Under the pieces are notes generated by a model. That model ran no database searches. It was not told where the DNA came from and saw only the letters and a list, made by a program, of their open reading frames with translations. Of a stretch of 64,000 bases of DNA, positions 11,918 to 22,950 are shown in pieces (position 1 is the first letter of the stretch; every line of letters begins with the position of its first letter). The DNA is taken from positions 1 to 64,000 of the forward strand of contig JBHGNT010000031.1 of NCBI GenBank assembly GCA_043228905.1, read 5' to 3'. The DNA comes from Azolla caroliniana. Its lineage: Eukaryota; Plantae; Polypodiophyta. Both the position numbers and the translations under genes were made by a program.

Positions 11918-12980
11918 TGTCGTGAAGATTTTTGGCAATAGTGTGAAAATCCCATAAAACGTATGAAATCGAGTAAGAATCACATAATACAATAATTGTG
12001 AAGATAACATTTTTAATATCTAAGTACAAAATGATGGAGGTTTCAAATGCACTTTATTACACGAGAAATGGACAACTAAATGTCAAGATATGAGGGTATA
12101 AAGTTTGTGAAAAGAAAAGAGAAAATTGTGAGATATCCCACATAGGCACGACAAATACGGCTCTCATCATATATAAGGTGGAGCAAAAGATATTATCTTT
12201 GTGTCTATGTGTGGAGCATAGAGACTAAGAGTGGAGGTGGGCTAGCTACTCGTAAAGGGTTTTGGCCAACCAAAACGGCACCGGCATTCGGTGATGGCAA
12301 CCGACGGCATCCGGCGAGGCACCGGTAATCGACGGCATCCGGTGACGGCATCCGGCGAGGCACCGGTAATCAACGGCATCCGGCGATGGCATCTGGCGAC
12401 TATATAAATAAATATATAAATATATATACAAATATACATATACAAGGAAAGGAAGTAAGGATTCGAACCTTGCACCTCCGAGTTATGAGTCAATTGGCTT
12501 ACCATTAAGCCATGCTATTTAGTTAAAATTATATTTCTATCATTGTACTTTTACATGTAAATTCTCATACATGAGAGCTAAAATGAGTGACATGGTTATC
12601 ATGCACCACATGTAATACATAAGCGCCAAATGGCAAACATGCAATTTATGCATGTCTTGTACCCTCACATGCATCATATGCATGAGAGCATCTATAAAAG
12701 AAGGAAGGGGGAGGAGAAAAAACACGGTTTTTTTTTATGAAAATTAAGAGGAAGAAATTCGTTATCAAATTGATCGTGTAACTTGTTTCTTAAACCTAAA
12801 GTTAAAAGTTCAATCAATCTCTCTCAATCGTGTGATCTCAACTTCTCTCTTTCCCAATCTATCTTAAGTACTTTCTCGCTAAAGCTTGCGCCAAAGCTTG
12901 TACAACCTTTGAATCCTTCCGGTCTAGAACCCCGGCGGTTCCGCCTCACGATCCGCACGTAGTGACGGATCTTCACGACA
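11918..12980 (+). repeat. 5' LTR of C
   Basis: TGTCGTGAAG...CTTCACGACA (10-bp terminal inverted repeat); internal GC-rich ~13-bp repeats at 12275-12400. Confidence 0.95.
12450..12520 (-). promoter_or_regulatory. Degenerate tRNA-derived sequence (Pol III A and B boxes) antisense in C LTR; copy at ~46035-46105
   Basis: Minus strand TGGCTTAATGG...CTCATAA...GGTTCGAATCC. Confidence 0.6.
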
Positions 12981-12988
12981 TAATTAAG

Positions 12989-13006
12989 TGGTGAACCCGA
13001 CGTGAA
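12989..13006 (+). promoter_or_regulatory. PBS of C, tRNA-Trp
   Basis: TGGTGAACCCGACGTGAA. Confidence 0.9.
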
Positions 13007-14279
13007 AGAGGCGGTAGGAAGGATCAAGTCGAGATTAATACTTGGAGATGGCGTCCTCAAGCAACCAAGCAGGAGAGCTCGAAAGGATGATGTTAATCGT
13101 AGAGCAAATGATGAGATCTCGGGACAACGACGCAAGCGTGGAGAAGGCTGTCGATCGTGTCGTAGAGCTTGAGGGCCAATTCGATGGAAGGAACGTTACG
13201 AAGTTCCTTGATGCATATAGAAGGGAGATGAATCAGAGGGACGTGTTCGAGGCACGTCAAATCGCAAGCTTCAAGAGAGTTGTCGCCAACAACATCCAAA
13301 GACGCGTCATCGAGCTTCAAGAAGGTAAGACAACATGGTCCGAGTTCGAGAAAAAGATACTAGCGGAGTTCGTGACTGAAGACTCCACGAGGATGACTCG
13401 ACATGCCCTGATGAAGTGGATAGAGAAGAAGAATAAGAAGATGAGGGTCTCGAGGGTGTACGACGAATTCGACCAAATGTTTAGTCGTCTCCCCAATACG
13501 GACCAAGTGTTGCTTGAAGAGGACAAGACTTTGTACTTCTTGAAGGCCGTGGACATAAAGGATAGACGGGAGTTGGGGACTCTTCTTGAAGATGATACCC
13601 AAGCAAATGGGCTCGGAGCGGACTGGATCGCGGTGAAGCGGGCATGCAATAGGCTCGACAAGCGTCGCCAATGGGTTGATGACACCGACTTGACGGGATC
13701 GACTACTACGGAGAAAGCAAGACCGCCGAAAGTAGTTGAGCCGCCAAGACAAGGTAACATGGAAGAAAAGAAGATTGATGACGACATCATTGAAGAGCTA
13801 GCGAATAAGTTCGAGAAGGTCACGCTAGCCAACATGAATCGTCGGGGCCCTAAAGGAAAAGAACCCTTTAGATGCGTGTGGTGCGATAGCATGGACCACA
13901 TGAGAAGGGATTGTGCGAGCCTTCGAGAGGCAATTCGACAAAATATCGTATACATAGAGGACAACATGATCTGCTCAAGCGAGACTAGAAGACCCCTACG
14001 GGTGAATTTCGGAAGAGGAGGAATGAAGAAATCTATGGAGGATGCCGATGCAACTCATGTGGATGCGATGGACTATGCTGCGTCGGCCGGAATAAGAGTC
14101 AGGAAAGACAAGACTGAAGCTGCTAGAGCGGGAGCAAAGTTTTGGACTTCCGTTCTCGAATATGAGAAGAAGGGAAAAGTCACATCGAACGAGGTAGAGC
14201 TTGCGGACCGAAGCGTGCAAAGTGTTGGGAGACAGGTCCCTCCGGATGGGAAGGGAGTATCGGCCTCGGCCGAAACGGT

Positions 14280-14465
14280 ATGAGTACCCGGCTACGGAGA
14301 GCCGAATGATACAGGCCCGGTGTGAACCGGATGAGGAGTACCCGGCTACGGAGAGCCGGATGATACAGGCCCGGTGTGAACCGGATGAGGAGTACCCGGC
14401 TACGGAAAGCCGGATGATACAGGCCCGGTGTGAACCGGATGGTGCGGAACCGGTATGAACCGGAG
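14280..14465. repeat. ~57-bp tandem repeats in U3 of F LTR
   Basis: GAGTACCCGGCTACGGAGAGCCGGATGATACAGGCCCGGTGTGAACCGGATGAG x3; variant arrays at 19075-19260 and 36915-37010. Confidence 0.9.
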
Positions 14466-14959
14466 GAAGAGACATATTTGTAAATATGTTTCTGAGAGCC
14501 CATTGTGGCTACATTTGTAAATAGCCGAAAAGTCATATTAGTATAAATATGACTTAGCGCAAACTTTTAAATGTGGTTGTCCTTCTTCCTTGTTGGTGCA
14601 AGAACAAGAGAGAGCGCGTAACTGTACAGAGAGAGAGAGAGAGAGAGAGAGAACGAGGTCGTTGCCTCTGTTGTAACAGCCGCCTGTGGCGAAGATCGTG
14701 AGTCCGAGGTCGTTGCCTCCGTGTACTCACTATTTTGTACATTCATACATAGTGACAGTTTGCAGCCTGTGGGCTGCCGTGGTTTTCCCCCTAGTTTGGG
14801 GTTTTCCACGTTAACCTCCTGTGTACCATTTCTCTTCTTTGTGTCGTGTTCTATTTCCCGTTTTCTGTGTATGAAAAGAATCTCGGTTGTGGTCGAGTCT
14901 TGCGCATAAGGAACGACAAGTTCCCGTCAAGTGGTATCAGAGCGAAATCGACACAGAAA

Positions 14960-17900
14960 ATGGACGAATCGTTTGGCGGCATGTTCAAGCTCACCGGCTC
15001 CAACTATTCAATGTGGAAGTCGAAGATGAGGGAATGCTCGTTGTTAAAGACCTCTGGCTGCCGGTTCAGTTCGGGGACAAGAGACCGGACAAAATCGACG
15101 CCGCGATATGGGAGGTGATCCACATGAAGACAACGGCGTACATACGGTGCTTCATCGACATGAGCCTATACAACAACTTCAATGAAGAGAGCAAGGGTCA
15201 TGACCTCTGGGAGAAGATCGGCATAATGTTCCAGAACAAAAATGTTGTCAATCAGGTGTCGGTATTCCGGAAGCTAGTAAGACTCCGGTACCAAGATGGC
15301 TCCAGCATGGCGGAGCACATGAATGCCTTCCAGGGGCTGATCCACCAGGCAACGTCATTGGAAGTACCTCTTGCCGACGAGGTACTAGCGCTACTCCTGC
15401 TCGGTTCCCTCCCGGATAGCTGGGAGACGTTGGTTGTCACTTTTGGCAACGCCGGGCCGGAAGGAAAACGGTTATCCCTGGCAAGAGTAAAGTCGAGCTT
15501 GCTAGATGAGGAGGCGCGTCGGAAAGACAAAGATACGAGCTCCAACTCCAAAGCGCTTCTTACCGAATCGGAACGTGGAAGACATAGAAACCGTAGTCCC
15601 CAGAACCGGGAGAAGTCGGGGACACGGTCAAAGTCAAGGGGGAGACCTACTTGCTTCTATTGCGGCAAGCCGGGACACTTCCAAAAGAACTGTCGGCATT
15701 TCCGTAAAGACAAGGAAACCAACGGTACCGATTCGAAGCAAACCCCGGACCGGAACGGTAAAGACCGGAGGGGGCCGGACCGGAAGGGAACGACGGCAAT
15801 CGCAGCAAGTGAAGAAGAGTTGATGCTCATCACCGAGGAGTGTGAGATAAACCTTGCCGGCGACGAGATAACCTGGGTGGTAGATTCCGGAGCGTCGTTC
15901 CACCTTACCCCGAACCGGAAATGCTTCTCATCCTACTCAGCCGGTGATCACGGTTGTGTCCGGATGGGGAATGAAGGTACATGCCGAATTGTCGGCATGG
16001 GAGACGTGTGGCTGACAACACCAACCGGATGCAAGATGTTGATGAAGGATGTCTGACACGTTCCGGAAGTTCGTCTGAACCTGATATCAGCCGGTCGGCT
16101 AGATGATGAAGGCTACACGGGTAGCATCCGGAACGGTATCATGAAATTCAGCAAAGGGAGCCTGATTGTGGCTCAGGCCCGGAAGGTAAACACGTTGTAC
16201 TTGATGAATGCCCGGTTATGTCCGGAAGAAGTGAACGTGGCTTCCGACACTGCCGGTGAGCTGTGGCACAAGAGGCTGTGTCACATGAGTGAGAAGGGGA
16301 TGAAGAGTCTTGCAGACGACAACCTCATTCCAGTGAAGAACGTGCACTTAGAGAAGTGCACTGATTGTCTGGCCGATAAGCAGAACCGGACCTCCTTCCG
16401 ACCAAGGCCACCGATGAGACGTAATGCACCACTGGAGTTGGTGCATACGGATGTGTGTCAAGTAGACACGAAGTCACATGCCGGAGCGCAGTACTTCGTG
16501 ACATTCATAGATGACCACAGCCGGAAGCTGTGGGCCACACCGTTGAAGACAAAGGATCAGGTGTTATCCGTTTTCAAAGAGCTCCACGCGAGAGTGGAAA
16601 GAGAAACCGGCCGGAAGCTGAAGGCGGTTCGAGCAGATAACGGAGGAGAGTACCGGGGGCAGTTCGAGGAGTACTGCCGCTCGAAGGGAATCCAGCTTGA
16701 ATTTACCGTGCCGAAGACGCCGGAACTAAACGGACTGGTCGAGAGGATGAACCGGACCATAATGGAGAGGGTCGGGAGTATGCTAGCGCATGCAAAACTA
16801 CCCAAGAAGTATTGGGCTGAGGCACTGTCGACGGCGACATACGTGATAAACAGATCACCCTCAGTACCCTTGGACGGAGACACGCCACAGAGAGTATGGA
16901 CCGGTAAGGAAGTGTCCTACCGGCATCTGAGGGTGTTCGGGTGTCTCGCGTACGTGCATGTAGCTAAGGACCGGAGAGGAAAGCTAGATCCAAAGACCCG
17001 GCCATGCATATTCCTCGGTTACGGTGACGATGAGTTCGGCTACCGAGTGTGGGACCCGGTCGATAAGAAGGTATTCCGAAGTCGAGATATTATCTTCATG
17101 GAGGACAAGACGCTCGCCGACTGGGAGTCGGAGAAGAAGATAATGAACTCCGAGTCGACCGGTAAGGATAGACTCTACGATGAGCAGACCCAACCGGCAA
17201 GAGACCGGTTAGCACTCGAGGAACCAGCCGGTTACGGTGAGGATACCGAACCGACAGAAGAAGAAGTAGAGGAAGCTGAGACCGGAACCGGCCAAGACCC
17301 CGAATCGGATTCGGATGAAGAGCAAATGGTGGAGCCGGTTACCGAAGCCCGAAGACGTAGATATCCTCTCAGAGAGAGAAGGGCGCCCCGGAGATTTCCG
17401 GATGCAGAGCATGTTCTGCTGACCGATGAGGGGGAGCCGGAAAGCTTCGAAGAAACGAAGGAAGACACCCACAGCCAAAAATGGTTAAGTGCCATGCAGG
17501 ATGAGATGGATTCCCTGCATGAGAACCATACGTACGAATTGGTGAAGCTGCCGAAAGGAAAACGGGCACTCCGAAACAAGTGGGTGTACAAGTTGAAACC
17601 GGGAGATTCCGGCAACATCCCGAGATACAAAGCCAGGATCGTGGTGAAGGGGTTCCAGCAAAAGAAGGGCGTGGACTTCGACGAGATATTCGCCTCAGTA
17701 GTAAAGATGACATCCATCCGGACGGTGCTGAGTATAGTAGCAAGCATGGACCTCGAGGTAGAGCAGCTAGACGTGAAGACGGCATTCCTTCACGGCGACC
17801 TCGAAGAGGAGATCTACATGCAACAACCTGAAGGATTTGTGGAGAAGGGCAAGGAGCACCTGGTATGCCGGTTGAAGAAGAGCCTATACGGACTGAAGCA

Positions 17901-19004
17901 GACTCCCCGACAATGGTATCGGAAGTTCGACTCCTTCATGACCGATCAAGGGTACCACAAGACGTAGGCCAATCACTACGTGTTTGTGAAGAAGTTCGAA
18001 GGAGGTGACTTCTTAATACTCCTCCTATACGTGGATGACATGTTGATCGTCAGACGTGATCAAGTCAAAATACGGATGTTGAAGAAGACTCTCAACCGGA
18101 CCTTCTCAATGAAAGACTTGGATCCAGCAAGACAGATGTTGGGGATGCACATCATTCGGGACCGGTTAAAGAAGCAACTATGGTTGTCACAGGAGAAGTA
18201 TGTGACAAAGGTGCTTCACCGGTTCAACATGTCAGAAGCAAAACCGGTCGGATCGACACTTCCGGCAAACTGCAGGCTATCCGGCAAGCAAAGCCCGAAG
18301 ACGAAAGCAGAGAAGGCGGATATGATGAAGATTCCATATGCCTCTGCCGTCGGGAGCTTGATGTACGCTATGGTGTGTACCCGACCAGATATAGATACGC
18401 AGTCGGAGTGGTGAGCCGGTTCATGAGTAATCCCGGCAAGGAGCATTGGAACGCGGTCAAATGGATACTCCGGTATTTGAAGGGCACTTCAAATATGTGT
18501 CTCCGATTCGGCTCCGGAAAACCTCAACTGGACGGTTTCACCGATTCGGACATGTCCGTTGATGTGGATACCAGCCGGTCTACATCCGGGTATGTGATGA
18601 CATATGCAGGGGGAGCTGTTTCGTGGCAGTCGAGACTGCAGAAGACGGTTGCATTGTCAACCACAGAGACGGAGTACATGCCGGCTGTGGAAGCCGGCAA
18701 GGAAATATTATGGATGAAGGACTTCATCGGAGAGCTCGGTATACGGCAAGAGGAATACCGACTCTATTGCGATAGTCAAAGTGCCATCCACCTTGCTAAA
18801 AATGCAGCCTACCATTCCCGGATGAAGCATATCCAGCGGAGGTATCACTGGATCAGGGAAAGAGTAGATGACCAGGAGTTCGCACTGACGAAGATCCACA
18901 TGGCCGAGAACGGGTCAGATATGCTGACCAAAGTGCTAACACCCGACAAGTTGGATGCATGTCGGAAGAGAATCAGACTGGTAAGACACCCCATGCCGGA
19001 GTGA
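14960..19004 (+). pseudogene. Copia polyprotein gag-PR-IN-RT-RH with stops and frameshifts
   Basis: CFYCGKPGHFQKNC; WVVDSGAS; LWHKRLCH; VRADNGGEY; SLYGLKQ; LLYVDDM; YCDSQSAI. Confidence 0.95.
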
Positions 19005-22000
19005 AGGGGGAGTTTGTTGGGAGACAGGTCCCTCCGAATGGGAAGGGAGTATCGGCCTCGGCCGAAACGGTATGAGGAGTACCCGGCTACGGAGAGCCGA
19101 ATGAGGAGTACCCGACTATGGAGAGCCGGATGATACAGGCCCGGTGTGAACCGGATGAGGAGTACCCGGCTATGGAAAGCCGGATGATATAGGCCCGGTG
19201 TGAACCGGATGAGTAGTACCCGGCTACAGAGAGCCGGATGGTGCGGAACCGGTATGAACCGGAGGAAGAGACATATTCGTAAATATGTTTCTGAGAGCCC
19301 ATTGTGGCTACATTTGTAAATAGCCGAAAAGTCATATTAGTATAAATATGACTTAGGGCAAACTTTTAAATGTGGTTGTCCTTCTTCCTTGTTGGTGCAA
19401 GAACAAGAGAGAGCGCGTAACTGTACAGAGAGAGAGAGAGAGAGAGAGAACGAGGTCGTTGCCTCTGTTGTAACCGCCGCCTGTGGCGAAGATCGTGAGT
19501 CTGAGGTCGTTGCCTCCGTGTACTCACTGTTTTGTACATTCATACATAGTGACAGTTTGCAGCCTGTGGGCTGCCGTGGTTTTTCCCCTAGTTTGGGGTT
19601 TTCCACGTTAACCTCCTGTGTACCATTTCTCTTCTTTGTGCCGTGTTCTATTTCCCGTTTTCTGTGTATGAAAAGAATCTCGGTTGTGGCCGAGTCTTGC
19701 GCATAAGGAACGACAAGTTCCCGTCACAAAGCATAACCGGGTGGTTGGATCCGGTGGATGACAACACCATACTCGCAGAGGTGATGTGCGACAACCACGA
19801 GGTGTTCGTCGAAGAAAAGAGAAAGAGAATAGAAGAGCAAGGCCCATCAAAAAGACATGAAACAAGGAACGCGAAAAAGAAGGACGATACGGAGACGAGT
19901 TGACCTTTACAAATGGAGGAACGAGAATCAAGCCGAAAAGGGGAGCCGAGCATACGAGTTGAAGAAACGGTTCGGCCTGTGAAGGTTGGTATCGAAGTCC
20001 CCGCTCGGAGGACAAGGACTATACCTACCTATAAGCTAAGGTCGGACATAGAGCAGATGACAAACCTAAAGAAGATTCTCGAAGAACGAGTTCTTGATAG
20101 CCACGTAACTTTGTCCTTGAGGGAATTGCTTGGCATTACGAAGAAGGAGTTCTATGACACGATCGTGGACCTTGTAAAGAGAAAGAGACAACAATCGGAC
20201 GAGGAAGAAGAGAAGCCGCAAAAAGCAAAAACGAATGCCATAACGATGGCAAGAGACGAAATCGATGAAGATATGGTGGACAGCCACTACACTCGACCTC
20301 ATTGGGCACGAGCGACAACGGAGACGCCGGTGAAGATCGGGGAGAAGAAAGAGACCGTGGTAGCCTTGATCGACCACGGCTCGGAGATCAACCTCATGTC
20401 AACCGACTTCTACAAAAAGGGAAGATGGCCAAACAATACAAACCACGGATGGAAGATTCGCGCGGCAACAAAGTCTACGGAGGACTTGTACGGAGCTTGT
20501 CCCAATGTCAAAGTCACGATCGGGGATGTGGAGATGGATCAACACTTCTTCGTACAAGAATCGGCGTCGCATCCTGTCATCCTAGGGCAACCTTATATCA
20601 CATCATCTTAGATGGAGACCAAAGTGTTCGATAATGGAGCAACCTTCGCACGAATAAAGATTTTTGACAACCAAAGATCGGTCCAATTCCTAACGGTGCG
20701 AGCCAATCATGAAAGGAATCGAGATAGTCTCGGAGGCAAATCCTCGGATTTTTAGAGCGGACTATTGAAGCATGGGGCACAAATAGTCCGAGCAATCACA
20801 AGACCCCACAAGAAAGAAGAGTGCGTGGATTGCAAGGAGAAGCAACATGTGTCACACCTAGTGGCGCATGTAAACTAGTACTACCCGACAAGAAGCACAA
20901 GCGCCGGATACAAGAATTCGAGAAGATGCTGAAAGAAGAGAATATAATAGAAGAAGGAGAGTTCGTGACTCATATTATGGAAGAAGCCTCATTTAACGAC
21001 ACCATCGGCGAAATCGAGGACGTCGTGGACTTGAGCTATCTTCACAACCAATGCGTTGTCGTGAAGAAAACCGTCCACAAGCGGAATCGGTGCACCGGGG
21101 CGTAGGAACCGGCTCTTCATGCACGTACGCCTTATGTTGTACATAGAAGATCCTAGGTAGGTAGATTCGGTAGGTAGGACGTTAATGGGAAACAGCTCCT
21201 TCCTTGCCTATAAAAGGAGGGAGACGAGGAGGGGGGGAAGGGTTCGCGGTTAGAGAGGACGAAGTGTTGTCGGGTTGTCGGCCGAAGGCTTCTCTCTCTT
21301 TCAAAACTCCATAGCTTCTTTCTGTGCAGGTTTCGGGAGGCTCGCGCTGCTCTGAGGAATGCCCGAGTGCTTCCGGCAGCACCTCCAACCTACTCCTTTC
21401 TTTCTGTGCGTTTACGAACAGGCATCGGCATCTGTTCACCGGCCTGTTCGGTTGTAACCGACTTCGTGCTTCTTGTTGTTTGTCCTTGTTAATATATATA
21501 TACATACATTCGTGTCTCTCTGCGTCGGTGTCCCACTTGCGTCTTTGTGTCGAGGGCCGTGTCCCTGAGAATCTGCGCTCGCACGTAGTGGGTCTCTTCC
21601 CTTCTCCTTTCTCTCTTGCTTTTCGGTGCAAGACCCCCGAGGTCCCGCCTCATTTCACGCATCCGCAAGGAATACCTCGACATCTTGGTGAACCCGACGT
21701 GAACGAGGCGGCAGAAGAGCAGAAGATGAAAGGGTCGGATCTTGCGGAGGCCATGGCTTCGGTCGTGGATCGGATATTGAGCACACTCGAGGGCACCGGC
21801 GCCCTCGACAGAGCCATTGAGGTGGTCGTCGGTACGATCGGCCGGTTCAGCGGAAAGGATGCCACGAAGTATTTGGCGTCCTACGGGGCAGAAATGCTGA
21901 TGCGGGACATTCCGAAAGAGAGGCGTCTTGACGGGTTCCCTCGAGTGGCGATGCCGAGCATCCATGCGGAGGCGCTCGAGGTACGAGCGGAGAGCCGTAC

Positions 22001-22950
22001 GTGGGAGGAGTTCGAAGGCGGACTCCTAGAAAAATACAGGCTGGACGACGCGCTCCGGCTTTCGAAACGGGACTTCATGGAATGGGTGGAGTCCCCCGGC
22101 AAGGGAAGAAACGCATCGGCACTCCTCTGGGAGTTTGAGGAACGCTTTGCACGCCTTTCGGCGCTTGACCGAACCGTTTTAGATACGAGCCAGGTCCTAC
22201 TGTTCGTCAAGTCGGTGGACGAGCGGGACCGGGATCAAGTCGGCTCCTTGCTAGAAACCGAAGACGGGCTGACGACCGACTGGGCTGCGGTTAAGACAGT
22301 CTGTGGCCGTTTCGACAAACGGCGAGAATGGGCTGACAACGGGGCGACCGGAGCGGGCTCTTTCACAGCAACGAGGCTTGAACCGGCACCACAAGGGCGA
22401 AGGGCAGAGACCCGAGAGTGGCTCAAAACCGGTTCGGCTTCGACCGGCATGGTCAATGACTCGTCCGGAGGAGTAGCGCTGGAGAAGTTGACGCGGGCGA
22501 TAAAGGATCTCCGGATCACCCAGACTCGAAGGGAAGGCGGCGAACCGGCTCATGACCGACGGCCGGCAACAGGGAACAGGTGCATGTGGTGCGACGAGGT
22601 CGGCCACATTCGGAAGGACTGCGGCGATTTCGCGGAGGCGTTGAGGAACCGGGTGGTGTACCTGTGGGAAGGCCGGGTGCATGCCGGCGATACCAGAAGG
22701 GCCCTAAACCGAAACGACGGGCGAGGAGGTATGAAGAGACTAATGGAAGAGGCAGTGGCCCGACACGTGGAGGTCATCCACTACTCGGCGTCGGCCGGTA
22801 TTCGGGTCGGGGGCAGCGAGGCCCGAAAGGAGAGCAAAGACGGATTCTGGTCGGCAATGCTGGAAGGCCTCGCCGACACATGGCTGAGGGAAGATGAAGC
22901 GGACCGCGCTGAGAGACGGGTCCGGGAAATAACCGGGTGGAGCGACCCGG

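Larger units (their letters stand above)
14223..19726 (+). mobile_element. Element F: Ty1/copia, Tnt1/Tork-like, full length
   Basis: LTRs 14223-14929 and 19015-19726; TSD CAAAG; PBS TGGTATCAGAGC (tRNA-iMet) 14932-14943; PPT GAAGGGGGAG 19003-19012. Confidence 0.95.
13048..20755 (+). pseudogene. C gag-protease (13048-14222 + 19732-20755), interrupted by copia F
   Basis: Zn knuckle CVWCDSMDHMRRDC; RVNFGRGGMK segment; protease VALIDHGSEINLM; SVQS|ITGWLDPV rejoins across F. Confidence 0.88.

Noticed and set aside
12450-12520. Functional tRNA-Met gene
   Set aside because: A/B boxes and CAT are present, but acceptor and anticodon stems do not pair; lies within an LTR
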